A stretch of DNA of 64,000 nucleotides from the sequence record KM607001; one strand, 5' to 3'. Made by a program: the position numbers and the translations under genes. The notes under the pieces were generated by a model that saw nothing but the letters and a program-made list of their open reading frames with translations, was not told the origin of the DNA and did no database searches. Within the stretch, counting starts at the first letter, position 1, and the number at the start of each line of letters is the position of its first letter. Source of the DNA: Enterobacteria phage RB33. This document shows positions 49,865-59,455 of this stretch, piece by piece.

Positions 49865-50179
49865 CTAAAAGAAACTTCTTTTACAATTTTTTCCACTGAA
49901 CCATGCGCTCACTGCTTTCTTAGTCTCAGGAGCAGTGTTATCCATAAACCATTCAAAGGCAGCCTTTTTATGATTCTGGAGGGCTTCTCGGGCTTTAATC
50001 TGCTCACGGTCTATTAACACTAACATATGAGCCTTTCTTGTCACCAAGGGCTTCTTATGATTTTTTGAATACTCCCAATCATTTGTCCATCGCATCGTTG
50101 TTGCGAATTGAAGTACAGCTTCTTTAATTTTAGTTTCGTAAATTTCACGAGCCTTTGAGTATAACATCATTACCTCCAT
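49865..50179 (-). CDS. hypothetical protein
   Basis: 104-aa ORF in track. Confidence 0.5.
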   Translation of the reverse strand: MEVMMLYSKAREIYETKIKEAVLQFATTMRWTNDWEYSKNHKKPLVTRKAHMLVLIDREQIKAREALQNHKKAAFEWFMDNTAPETKKAVSAWFSGKNCKRSFF

Positions 50180-50249
50180 TTACCAGTTTAATTCTAGTCA
50201 TCTTTTTGATGGCAGTCCATATAATCTATTTCTGAACTGCCTTTTTGTC

Positions 50250-50969
50250 TTAGGATTCTTCTAAATGTCTTTTCTGAAAAGTTGATACCATACTACGATA
50301 CGGTTCATTTGGATATCCGTGTTTTATAGCTTCCTTTGTAAATTTTCTCCATCCATATTTAGTTTCTTTCCAAAGCTCGAATAATTCATCTTCATACTGC
50401 CATATAGTTAAATGAGAACGCTTTGCAGCTTTAATTCCATTAATATGCTTTTCTTTTACTGCAGGATTGTTTAGTTTCTTTTTAATAATATTACTAACTT
50501 TTCTAACAAAAACTGGGTCCTTATATCGTTGCGAAGTTTTTATTGAAGTGTTTAATTTAGCTTCCGGCGTGGATGTGACCTCTTTCATCTTTTTCTTCAT
50601 ATGCTGTATATGATTAGGATTTTTCCATAAATTTATAGAATGCTTTTTGCATTTTATCCTAGTTTCATCTGCAACCTTTCCTCCTTCACCCCCGTATGAC
50701 AGGTTAACACAGTTTTTTCCATATTTCAATTTACCTGCCATGATATATAATATTTCAGCTTGTACCATTTTATCATAATTATCAAAAACTTCTAAAACCG
50801 TTTTTGATAATATGTGGTCATTTGACACTTTTACACGTTCTATATAATTTCCACTACCAACATACGAATCATTGATGTTATTAGTTATATGTCGACCATA
50901 ATAGTATTTCTTAATACCTGTCTTTAAATTTAATATTTCAGTTTTATAGATAGTAAAATATTTTTTCAT
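50250..50969 (-). CDS. putative GIY-YIG homing endonuclease with NUMOD-like C-terminal repeats, 239 aa
   Basis: N-terminal TIY-(x11)-YYYG-RH pattern; lysine-rich repeats resembling Seg/I-TevI DNA-binding modules. Confidence 0.5.
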   Translation of the reverse strand: MKKYFTIYKTEILNLKTGIKKYYYGRHITNNINDSYVGSGNYIERVKVSNDHILSKTVLEVFDNYDKMVQAEILYIMAGKLKYGKNCVNLSYGGEGGKVADETRIKCKKHSINLWKNPNHIQHMKKKMKEVTSTPEAKLNTSIKTSQRYKDPVFVRKVSNIIKKKLNNPAVKEKHINGIKAAKRSHLTIWQYEDELFELWKETKYGWRKFTKEAIKHGYPNEPYRSMVSTFQKRHLEES

Positions 50970-51946
50970 TTTAATAATACCGTTTCAGCGATTTCTTCCC
51001 AACCGTTTTTGTCGGTCATAATAAAGTCAGCAAGATAAAGAGCAGTACGCAGTGAAACATTGCGTAAACGATTAACATTGACTTTCATCCATGATAATGC
51101 TTTATAAGTTTCTTCATCAGAAAGACCGCGCTTTTGCATCATGTCGGTTGAAAGAATAACATCTTCAACCCTGACCATAATTTCTTCATTAGTGTGAACA
51201 CCCAAATCCAAATAAACCGAGCGGGACACTAATGCTTGTAAATGTGGAGCAAGTTTAGTACCACGGTCTAATTCGCGGTCAATGTCAACGTTTGTGATAA
51301 AAACAATCGTTCCTTTAAATTCAAACTCACGCTCAATGCCTTTTTCTTCTAAGTAAGAAGATGCAGTGCTCCAGCAGACTTTACGGGTCTCTCCAGTGTC
51401 CAGAGCAGCTTTCAGAAGATTAAGAATGTCCATATCAGAGAAAACATCCACATCATCAATCAAAAGGACAGAATTCTCTTCACGATTATTCCAAAGCTGC
51501 TCATAAAGACCAATACCAGAGATTTTACCATTAATGCTTTTATATTCAATGTATCCAATATCATTTGCTTTATTTAAAGCTTTATCTAAAGAATATGTTT
51601 TACCTATACCTGCCGCACCAGAGATAATTAATGAACGAATGTTTCCGTTAATAATACCATTCGTCATCATTCCCATAACATTAAATCTTTTATTAATGCG
51701 GGTTTTCATATCTTCATATGATTCTTTAACTTCTTCAACTTTTACACCATCATATGAAATGTCTGATTTGTAAACCCAAACACCGCGACGCTTACCGTCA
51801 ATTTCAACAAAAACTTTACCATCTCCTTGTGCATCTACCGGAGCATTATCTGGGAACCATTCACCTAAGAGCTCAAAAGTTCCAGAGATTTCTTTACCAA
51901 AGTAGATACCCTTATTGATAGTTACAGTTTTCATTTTATTCTCCAA
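50966..51946 (-). CDS. P-loop ATPase (AAA+-like), 326 aa
   Basis: Walker A GAAGIGKT, Walker B LLIDDVD. Confidence 0.65.
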   Translation of the reverse strand: MENKMKTVTINKGIYFGKEISGTFELLGEWFPDNAPVDAQGDGKVFVEIDGKRRGVWVYKSDISYDGVKVEEVKESYEDMKTRINKRFNVMGMMTNGIINGNIRSLIISGAAGIGKTYSLDKALNKANDIGYIEYKSINGKISGIGLYEQLWNNREENSVLLIDDVDVFSDMDILNLLKAALDTGETRKVCWSTASSYLEEKGIEREFEFKGTIVFITNVDIDRELDRGTKLAPHLQALVSRSVYLDLGVHTNEEIMVRVEDVILSTDMMQKRGLSDEETYKALSWMKVNVNRLRNVSLRTALYLADFIMTDKNGWEEIAETVLLK

Positions 51947-51968
51947 ATCCGTATCAGTTGATAGTTGT

Positions 51969-51998
51969 ATAGTACCATAAAGCTTTATGCTTGTAAAC
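51969..51998 (-). promoter_or_regulatory. T4-type early promoter (conserved module)
   Basis: GTTTAC-18 bp-TACTAT upstream of 51946. Confidence 0.5.
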
Positions 51999-52028
51999 CG
52001 TTTTGTGAAAAATTTTTGAAATAAAAAA

Positions 52029-52046
52029 GGGAGCCCGAAGGCTCCC
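52029..52046 (-). terminator. GGGAGCC-CGAAG-GCTCCC hairpin
   Basis: downstream of the nucleotidyltransferase-like gene. Confidence 0.5.
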
Positions 52047-52048
52047 TA

Positions 52049-53062
52049 TCATTTATAATAACTTCGGTGGTTTTCAAGATAGACCTTCTCAAGGAAGTCA
52101 TCCCAGAAACCCATGTCTACTTTTTGCTGCATACCGTTCTTAGAAGCTTCAGTAGATGCTGCTTCTACTTGATCGACCACATCTTCCAAAAACTCTTGAA
52201 CTGTTTTAAATGGATGTTTACCCAACTTCACGTCGAGAATAAATGGAGCATCTTGGAGTGGATAAACCAAGTCACCAGTTTTGTAAATTTCCAATAGTTG
52301 AAGTCCACCACGACAAGCATGACTCAGAGCTTTCCAGTCAATGCCTTCATTGGCTTCGGCCTTACGAGCGCGTTCACCATATTCAGCATCTAATTTGTTC
52401 AGTGACTGCTTAAGCTCAATAAGAGAAAGAGTTGTCTGATATTTACGACCCAACACAGTGTAGAACGTTTGTGGGCCTGTTTTCTCATGATTATGGAACA
52501 CCCATTCACAGAATTCGTTTTCTGGAAGACGATGCTTAATATCTTCAACTTTAGTACGACGCTGCTTAATGGAACCGTCTTCTTGGTAATCAACCCATTG
52601 CTCAGGGATTTGATTAACTACTTTCAATACATCGCGTAATGCAGCCAAACGAGAACCCTTGACGCCATATTTAGAAGCTTGCTTACGGACATATCCTAAA
52701 TAGGATTTCATGTTAGTCGTATAAAAACGAGAACGGTTGTCTTGAATAAACTTCCACACATCAGGCAAATCAGATTTAACCACTAATTCAGGTGGAGTGT
52801 GAAGCATATCCAATGCTACAGTTTCACCATCTGCTGCTAATTTAAAGAAATATTTAAGACTATATAGTTCATGGTCAATATCATCTTTAGTGTTTTTAGA
52901 TGATGTGTTGTTGGTATTTTTACTCATATGCTCTTTAACATTTCCGATAAGAATATCGCGAGCAGGAGGAACAAAAATTTCTTTAAAATCTACATCAGAT
53001 TCTGGGGTAGAAGTTCCATAAAGATGACTACCAAAATAGCTTTTCATTACTGTTTTCATCAT
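52049..53062 (-). CDS. predicted nucleotidyltransferase (Pol-beta-like fold), 337 aa
   Basis: N-terminal GS-x10-DVD motif (FGSHLYGTSTPESDVDF) with downstream acidic residue (DDIDHE). Confidence 0.55.
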   Translation of the reverse strand: MMKTVMKSYFGSHLYGTSTPESDVDFKEIFVPPARDILIGNVKEHMSKNTNNTSSKNTKDDIDHELYSLKYFFKLAADGETVALDMLHTPPELVVKSDLPDVWKFIQDNRSRFYTTNMKSYLGYVRKQASKYGVKGSRLAALRDVLKVVNQIPEQWVDYQEDGSIKQRRTKVEDIKHRLPENEFCEWVFHNHEKTGPQTFYTVLGRKYQTTLSLIELKQSLNKLDAEYGERARKAEANEGIDWKALSHACRGGLQLLEIYKTGDLVYPLQDAPFILDVKLGKHPFKTVQEFLEDVVDQVEAASTEASKNGMQQKVDMGFWDDFLEKVYLENHRSYYK

Positions 53063-53520
53063 TCAGCCTTATATTCAATAACAGGACATACTTTAGCTTT
53101 ACGAGCTTTTAAAAATTCAACGATAATCGATTTCTTGGGTTGAATAGGAGGTAAACCTTTATACGCCCTATCAATATTTTCTACGTGTAAAGCATAATCC
53201 TTTTTCCATTTATAATCTTTATATTTTTCACGCAAATGTACAGGAATAACAAATGAACCAATAATAAGTAAAACAACCAAAAGCGCAAGTATAAATGCTG
53301 ATGGAAGCAAAGTCCATAAACTACCAAAAATAAGCCAACGCTGTAGGCTTTCTGCACAAATAATTGTTAGCCCTACGAGTATAGCACATCCAAAAATAGA
53401 AACGAAAAATGTAGGAATGGCAATAGACCAAAAATATGCGCATAGTGTCTTAGGTCGTTGCCATTCATCGTTAAACATTTTGAATAATTTATAGTGCCAA
53501 GAGTTTTCATTAATAATCAT
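53059..53520 (-). CDS. hypothetical membrane protein, 153 aa
   Basis: about 3 predicted TM helices. Confidence 0.55.
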   Translation of the reverse strand: MIINENSWHYKLFKMFNDEWQRPKTLCAYFWSIAIPTFFVSIFGCAILVGLTIICAESLQRWLIFGSLWTLLPSAFILALLVVLLIIGSFVIPVHLREKYKDYKWKKDYALHVENIDRAYKGLPPIQPKKSIIVEFLKARKAKVCPVIEYKAE

Positions 53521-53522
53521 AA

Positions 53523-54044
53523 TTATCCTTTCATTGAAGGCGTAACGGTTGTTAAATACTTAATCATAGCTTCAGCTTCTGATTTTGATAATGAAATTTC
53601 TCCATTGTTTTGACGAATAGAAATAAAATCCGGATGACGGTCACCACCAGCTTTTAAAACACACATATAAGTATCAGTTTCATCTTCAATATTTGAAATG
53701 ATTGAAGCAGTTCCACATGAATGCGGTTTTTGATAAATCAATACAGCTTTTCTTCCGCCATTTGACTGTTCATAGGCTTTTAATACATCAAACAAATCAG
53801 TTCTTTTATCAATAGCTAAAATGTTATTTTCATCTTCAATGTTAAATCCTTCGGATACTTCATAAAGCGTTACCCATAAATCACCGATGTCAATAACAGC
53901 ATTTACTTTTCCACGGCTTTCAAGAATATGACAAATTTTCTTGATTTCGTCATAGCTCATTTTAATAATATCATCTCCTTGACTAAGAAAGATGTCATTT
54001 TTAAATTCAACGCGAATTAAACCGCTTCCACTTGAAATAAACAT
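53523..54044 (-). CDS. hypothetical protein (paralogue pair member), 173 aa
   Basis: C-terminus similar to the 54051..54608 product. Confidence 0.55.
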   Translation of the reverse strand: MFISSGSGLIRVEFKNDIFLSQGDDIIKMSYDEIKKICHILESRGKVNAVIDIGDLWVTLYEVSEGFNIEDENNILAIDKRTDLFDVLKAYEQSNGGRKAVLIYQKPHSCGTASIISNIEDETDTYMCVLKAGGDRHPDFISIRQNNGEISLSKSEAEAMIKYLTTVTPSMKG

Positions 54045-54050
54045 ATTTCC

Positions 54051-54608
54051 TCACTTTGAAATCATAGTTGGAATGACAGAATCAAGATAAGTCTTTAGTG
54101 CAATAGCTTCGTCTTTGTTTAATGTAATGATATGTGATCGAAAATCGTCAATTTGACGAATAGATACTACATCTCCCTCTTCATAGCATTTTGAAACATT
54201 TAAAATAGTTTCATCATTCTGATTACAGGAGTTAGTAATAATAGCATTACAATTTTTGAGCCATTTTAAACTATGTTTTCTTTCATTAGAATAATAAAAA
54301 TATTTAATCTTAGCTATAAAACTATCCCAATGGATAACTGATAAACACATTGACTCACTTTTAATATTAAATCCTGGGCATGAAGAATAAAAATGAATTT
54401 TGTGCTCATCATTGATGCTTACTATTTTATCAGTATAAGGATATTCAATTTGGGTTAAATGAATGATTTCACTAGGCGTAAAATATAGCATATCGTCTTC
54501 TTGCGTCAAACGATACATGTTATTTACTTTTTCTATAGCCAATTCACCAAAAAGCGGACTAACTTCTAATACTAATCGTTTCATATTGATTCTCTTCGAC
54601 TCACTCAC
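54051..54608 (-). CDS. hypothetical protein (paralogue pair member), 185 aa
   Basis: ORF in track. Confidence 0.55.
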   Translation of the reverse strand: MSESKRINMKRLVLEVSPLFGELAIEKVNNMYRLTQEDDMLYFTPSEIIHLTQIEYPYTDKIVSINDEHKIHFYSSCPGFNIKSESMCLSVIHWDSFIAKIKYFYYSNERKHSLKWLKNCNAIITNSCNQNDETILNVSKCYEEGDVVSIRQIDDFRSHIITLNKDEAIALKTYLDSVIPTMISK

Positions 54609-54743
54609 AATTACATACTCCTTTGAATAATATCAATAATGTTGTTCACCAGATTATAAGTAAACATTGGGTAATTATATTGAATCATTACATACACAAC
54701 AAACAAAACTTTCATTCTCTTCTCCTTGACAGTTGACAAGATT

Positions 54744-54773
54744 ACTATACCATAACCTTGCCAACTTGTAAAC
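54744..54773 (-). promoter_or_regulatory. T4-type early promoter
   Basis: minus strand GTTTACaagttggcaaggttatggTATAGT. Confidence 0.55.
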
Positions 54774-54938
54774 CGTTAAATGTTGTTTTCAATAAAATTT
54801 TGAAGCTTTGTGTGAGCATCAACCATGATTTTCATTTCTTCTTTGGCGAAAGCTGTACCTCTTTCCCGAGCAGAATACTCATAGTCAGAAACTGCATTAG
54901 CATATTCTTCAATTAGCTTCATTAAAAACATCTGCTTT

Positions 54939-55133
54939 TCAGTTTTCATTATTCCACCTAATCATTTCAAGATATTGAACTAACTTAGCTTTAGATTTAT
55001 CCAAATCCCTTTTAGCTGATTCTATACCATCGTATGAATATCCTTCACAATGCTCAACTGCTAATTGGTATGAATCTATTTCAATATCATGCGCTAATTT
55101 AATGATTTTTTCAAACTGTTCGCGTGTTAGCAT
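54939..55133 (-). CDS. hypothetical small protein
   Basis: 64-aa ORF in track. Confidence 0.5.
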   Translation of the reverse strand: MLTREQFEKIIKLAHDIEIDSYQLAVEHCEGYSYDGIESAKRDLDKSKAKLVQYLEMIRWNNEN

Positions 55134-55135
55134 AA

Positions 55136-55339
55136 TTAAACTCTCGTATTATGATCGATAATTTCATCAAGAAACATATCTAACGCTTCTAAAGCATTAT
55201 CAACTTTAGCTTCAAGTTCATCAATGCCTTTATTTGCAATGCCTGACGAAAACCAAGCAAAGTCACTAAGTTCCTCGTCTGCTTTACGAATTAAAGCTAC
55301 CAATTCCTTAATTTTATCCGCTTGTTCGATACTAATCAT
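55136..55339 (-). CDS. hypothetical small protein
   Basis: ORF in track; start moved to MISIEQ. Confidence 0.45.
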   Translation of the reverse strand: MISIEQADKIKELVALIRKADEELSDFAWFSSGIANKGIDELEAKVDNALEALDMFLDEIIDHNTRV

Positions 55340-55572
55340 TATTCCACCACATATGAAAGAGAGAATATTGCACACGCCATGTGAGTTGCAACTTCATCAC
55401 ACATATTATAACGTTTCTTAAGAAGTTCTACAAGTTCTTCACTAGTAACTTCATCCATGTCGACGAAAAAATCACCATTAATGATGACGTAGATATTTCC
55501 TTCTTGATTAAGTGCTTCAATTTTCATGATGTTCTCCTCTTTATCCGATGGTTGTATAGTATCACAGCTCAA
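55339..55572 (-). CDS. hypothetical small protein
   Basis: 77-aa ORF in track. Confidence 0.5.
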
Positions 55573-55585
55573 ATGGAAAGTAAAC
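55556..55585 (-). promoter_or_regulatory. T4-type early promoter
   Basis: GTTTAC-18 bp-TACTAT upstream of 55572. Confidence 0.5.
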
Positions 55586-55600
55586 CGTTTAAATGAAAAA

Positions 55601-55618
55601 AGTCTCCCGAAGGAGACT
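55601..55618 (-). terminator. AGTCTCC-CGAA-GGAGACT hairpin
   Basis: downstream of the rI.-1-position gene. Confidence 0.5.
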
Positions 55619-55622
55619 AACG

Positions 55623-56009
55623 TTATTCGAGGGAAAGAAGATATTTACTCTGGTAAAACATTCCAGTAATATCATCTATCGTGCTTTGAATGGCTGGAGG
55701 CATTTCTTTGTAAATGCTGTTAGATTGGTCTAGTATGCGATCAATCATTTTAATTGTGTCGGTAGGAAGTTTACTGGCATCTGGAATTGAAGGTGTGTAT
55801 TTTCTACCAGAATACCCCAAATATTGCTCACCAAATTTATCAATCAAATCTGGCAACTCGGAGAAAATAAAATCGTATGCTTTGTGTCTAGCATAATTTT
55901 TAGTTTCAAAATGTGCAGAATGAAAATAAGCTTGTGCAGCCATTAATAAACCTAAGTATTCATCTGCCTTTGAAGGTTTTCCACTTTGTGAAAAGTCGCT
56001 GAATTTCAT
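55623..56009 (-). CDS. hypothetical protein (rI.-1 position)
   Basis: 128-aa ORF in track. Confidence 0.55.
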
Positions 56010-56299
56010 TCAGTCTCCAATTTAATGTTCATAATTCTAGCGTATGATTGTGCCATCTCCGCGCCTCGCTCTATACATTCAAAATCAGAAGAGCACGGGT
56101 CATTTTTATAGGTCGTTCTCATAAAACTATAGAATTGTTCAGACGATTCTACGCTTTTATTTTCAAAAAGTGTATAAACGTGCCTAATACCAGATTCCAT
56201 AAATTTATCAAAATGAGGATCGACATTCGCTTCAATCGATGGAGATAAAACAAATGACAATCCTAGCATGGCAAAAAGTGCCGTTGCTTTTAAGGCCAT
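56006..56299 (-). CDS. rI: lysis inhibition regulator rI, 97 aa
   Basis: 97-aa protein with N-terminal signal anchor; sequence recalled as near-identical to T4 RI. Confidence 0.85.
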   Translation of the reverse strand: MALKATALFAMLGLSFVLSPSIEANVDPHFDKFMESGIRHVYTLFENKSVESSEQFYSFMRTTYKNDPCSSDFECIERGAEMAQSYARIMNIKLETE

Positions 56300-56311
56300 A
56301 AAGGCCTCCTA

Positions 56312-56524
56312 TCATTTTTGTCCTGTATTTACTTTATGCCGGTGCACGGCCTTAACTTTATCAAGGTATTTTTCAAAATTTCGCAATCTAGTATAGTCTG
56401 CCGGAGATTGGTTGAGCGATACTTCTCGACGCAAAGCTGAAATGATATTTCCAACTTCCCTACGAATTTCATCTAATTGAAGCACAGTAAGATTGCGAAG
56501 TTGCTTTTCAGTTAATTGTAGCAT
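56312..56524 (-). CDS. hypothetical protein (rI.1 position)
   Basis: 70-aa ORF in track. Confidence 0.5.
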
Positions 56525-56566
56525 ATATACCCCTTTAGTTAGATAAACCTATTTATAACTTTTGCA

Positions 56567-57148
56567 CTAACCGAGTTTTTTAGTTAATTCATTCCAATGT
56601 TTTCTACACAAAGAAACATAAATTTCATCACCAATACAGATTTGATTACCTTCTTTAACGGGTGTTCCATCTTCCATTAATCGAGCTGTCATAATAGCTT
56701 TTTTACCACAATGACAAACTGCCTTTAGTTCAATAAGTTTATCTGCAATCGCCAAAAGTTCTTTAGAACCTTCAAACAATTTTCCAGCGAAATCAGTCCT
56801 TAATCCATAAGCCATAACAGGAACATTATATGTATCAACAATTCGGCTCAATTGATGCACCTGTTCAGTTTTTAAAAACTGGGCTTCATCTACAAATACG
56901 CAATGAATATCTTTTTGTGCTTCAGCCCATTTATAGAACTCGAAAATATCCATATCATCTGTAATAATATTCGCTTCCTGCTTAATTCCAATGCGAGAAA
57001 CGACTTCACAGACAGAATCACGAGTATCAATAGCAGGCTTAAGAACTAATACACTCATTCCACGTTCTTTATAATTGTGTGCAGCAGTCAAAAGAGAAGC
57101 AGATTTTCCAGCATTCATTGCTGCATAAGTAAAAATTAAACTCGCCAT
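56567..57148 (-). CDS. tk: thymidine kinase, 193 aa
   Basis: P-loop AMNAGKS and C-terminal zinc-ribbon cysteines. Confidence 0.9.
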   Translation of the reverse strand: MASLIFTYAAMNAGKSASLLTAAHNYKERGMSVLVLKPAIDTRDSVCEVVSRIGIKQEANIITDDMDIFEFYKWAEAQKDIHCVFVDEAQFLKTEQVHQLSRIVDTYNVPVMAYGLRTDFAGKLFEGSKELLAIADKLIELKAVCHCGKKAIMTARLMEDGTPVKEGNQICIGDEIYVSLCRKHWNELTKKLG

Positions 57149-57149
57149 C

Positions 57150-57338
57150 TTAGTCCTTAGTTAAATTTTCTAAATATGTTTCTAAATCATTTTCAGCTTT
57201 ATCGATAGATTTTACTAATTCATAATATGTTTCGGCATCTCCATAATCAGAAGATAATTCAAAAGACAAATCCTTTTCTAAACTAATAATTTCACCAACT
57301 AAAAATAATATTTCGTTCTTTTGTTCGCGAGTAATCAT
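57150..57338 (-). CDS. hypothetical small protein
   Basis: 62-aa ORF. Confidence 0.5.
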   Translation of the reverse strand: MITREQKNEILFLVGEIISLEKDLSFELSSDYGDAETYYELVKSIDKAENDLETYLENLTKD

Positions 57339-57520
57339 AAGGAATTTATATAATTAATAAGTTCTTGTTCTTTATTATCGAATTCTTTAGAAAGTTCTTC
57401 GTACTCGTTTGCACTAAAAGGACCGCATTCATTACAAACTTTTTCCAATTCACTATTTTTATCCATAACTTCATGGATAAGAGAAAAGAGTTTGTCTTTT
57501 TGTTCTTTGCTTAGGCTCAT
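57335..57520 (-). CDS. hypothetical small protein
   Basis: 61-aa ORF. Confidence 0.5.
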   Translation of the reverse strand: MSLSKEQKDKLFSLIHEVMDKNSELEKVCNECGPFSANEYEELSKEFDNKEQELINYINSL

Positions 57521-57686
57521 ATATTAATTTCCAGAAGTTTTAAAATAATTCGCTTTTGCTTAAATATTTCCATAGTTAAATGATCAGTATCTTTTTGACC
57601 AATTCCAATAGCAAAACCTTTATTAGCAACGAGTTCAATTAAATTATCAAGTTCACGTGACACTTCATATTGTAACTCAGAACTAT

Positions 57687-57899
57687 TCATTTCGGTTTAC
57701 CTTCTTTAACGAAATCTGGATAAGGATAAAATCCCGAATAAAATCCTTCACCTTTATGATTGATGCATCCTTTATTAGAACAATAGCACCAATAATCGAA
57801 ATCACAAGCCATTTCATCATTACATAAAGCAAAAACAACCGGCCATTTACACTTTTCACAATGGGCATTTTTAAGAATACTAGTTTGGCTCATAACCAT
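57687..57899 (-). CDS. cysteine-rich small protein
   Basis: about 8 Cys in 70 aa (CEKCKW...CNDEMACDFDYWCYCSNKGC). Confidence 0.5.
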   Translation of the reverse strand: MVMSQTSILKNAHCEKCKWPVVFALCNDEMACDFDYWCYCSNKGCINHKGEGFYSGFYPYPDFVKEGKPK

Positions 57900-58102
57900 G
57901 TAACCTTTAAGCAATATTCTTCTACATGTTGTTTACGACCTTTCTTATCAATAAAGGTATATTCAACGAATGTTCCAATGTAGTCTTTATCTACATCATG
58001 TGGACTATTAATTGGACATTTAGTACGACAAATGCGTTCCCATTGACGAATAATTACTGTCTTATTCTTTGGGTCATATGGATGTGGATAATGTATATTC
58101 AT
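57890..58102 (-). CDS. hypothetical small protein
   Basis: ORF in track; start moved to MNIHYPH. Confidence 0.45.
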   Translation of the reverse strand: MNIHYPHPYDPKNKTVIIRQWERICRTKCPINSPHDVDKDYIGTFVEYTFIDKKGRKQHVEEYCLKVTWL

Positions 58103-58566
58103 AATAATGGTTCCCAATCAACAATCACAATTTCTAATTTAGAGGAATATGTATCTAAAATCCCCTCAATAATATCCCAGTTCCCTTTACCTATGCCTGC
58201 ACCAATCCTAGGCATATAGATTGTAGGTTTAGTCAGTTTATTTTCACCAAACTCATTTAATTCTAACATACAATTCATTAAAGCGGAATACTCAAAATTT
58301 GGCCCTGGTTGAAATTGAGTATAAAGATTAAAGCAATACGCTTTATGAGTCCTAAAGTATTTTTCATAGACTGAGTAAGAACCGAGTTTAGTTACATCAC
58401 CACATTCAGTCTGTAATTTATCAGCTTCCAAAATTTTAGGGAAAGCTTTGGTTAATTGACCCGCTACACCTGAACCCATAGTATGAAAACAATTGCATCC
58501 ATGCGCAATATTTTTACCTTCAGCGAAAAGGGCGACAATATCGCCCTTGATATATTTTACAATCAT
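58099..58566 (-). CDS. macro domain protein (ADP-ribose binding / hydrolase-like), 155 aa
   Basis: KGDI..., GCNCFHTMGSGVAGQL and RIGAGIGKG match macro-domain glycine-rich motifs by eye. Confidence 0.55.
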   Translation of the reverse strand: MIVKYIKGDIVALFAEGKNIAHGCNCFHTMGSGVAGQLTKAFPKILEADKLQTECGDVTKLGSYSVYEKYFRTHKAYCFNLYTQFQPGPNFEYSALMNCMLELNEFGENKLTKPTIYMPRIGAGIGKGNWDIIEGILDTYSSKLEIVIVDWEPLL

Positions 58567-58910
58567 CTAGTACTCAATCCTCGATTATAAGAATCTACCA
58601 AACGGTCAACCATTGAATGACAAGCGGCTTTATCTTTCTCCTCCGCAACTGAACATTCTAAGGTATTCCACTTTTTAGCATATCGTTTTAATAATGTATC
58701 GTTTTTGTATCTGCTTGATTTATCTCTTTCTCCGTCTTTATATGCATATATTAATTTCTGTGCAAATTCAGCTTGGCATGCTTTATTTTTCCCACAATAA
58801 TCTGCCGCAGTGCGGTTTACATATTCTCTAATTTCAGTATATGATGTATCTGCTGACGCAGAAGCAGAAAATGAAATTAATCCTATACATAAAACCAAAA
58901 TTTTAGTCAT
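58563..58910 (-). CDS. secreted small protein with signal peptide, 115 aa
   Basis: N-terminal signal MTKILVLCIGLISFSASASA. Confidence 0.55.
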   Translation of the reverse strand: MTKILVLCIGLISFSASASADTSYTEIREYVNRTAADYCGKNKACQAEFAQKLIYAYKDGERDKSSRYKNDTLLKRYAKKWNTLECSVAEEKDKAACHSMVDRLVDSYNRGLSTR

Positions 58911-59448
58911 TTACTATTTCCAAAAGTTTATTATTTTTAAGGTAATTAGCCTTTTCTAGGACTTCAGAAGCATATTTAGAACCTGCTTTAACATTCCATC
59001 CCGAATTATAAGAGGATATTGCTTTTCTTATATCGCCCTTATGTATATTTAACCAATAAGAAAGTTCAATGTACGCCCAGGAAGCTGAATTGGATCGTTT
59101 ATTCAACATTCTTTTTATTTCAGCATCGGTCATATTATAACCAAGTTCCTTAACTCTTGCTCGCATAGTAGGCAAATAATTTTGGAACATTCCGTAGGCA
59201 TGATGCTTTGGTTTAGATTTTAAATTAACTCCGCCAGAGCTTTCTTGCCATAAAATAGCAGCCATTATATGACCTAATCCGCTCTTGTGGATATTTTTAT
59301 GTGTTTTATATTTTCCATCCTTAGAAAATTGTTCCCCGAATTGATACGCGTAACGCATGTTATCGAGTTGGACATTACTGAAAGTATGCTCGGAGCTATG
59401 TGCCATCATTGAAATGGCCAATAGACCAGCGAGTAGTGCTTTTCTCAT
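58903..59448 (-). CDS. periplasmic lytic-transglycosylase-like (SLT) protein, 181 aa
   Basis: signal peptide; SLT-like ILWQESSGG motif. Confidence 0.55.
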   Translation of the reverse strand: MRKALLAGLLAISMMAHSSEHTFSNVQLDNMRYAYQFGEQFSKDGKYKTHKNIHKSGLGHIMAAILWQESSGGVNLKSKPKHHAYGMFQNYLPTMRARVKELGYNMTDAEIKRMLNKRSNSASWAYIELSYWLNIHKGDIRKAISSYNSGWNVKAGSKYASEVLEKANYLKNNKLLEIVND

Positions 59449-59455
59449 GCTTACC

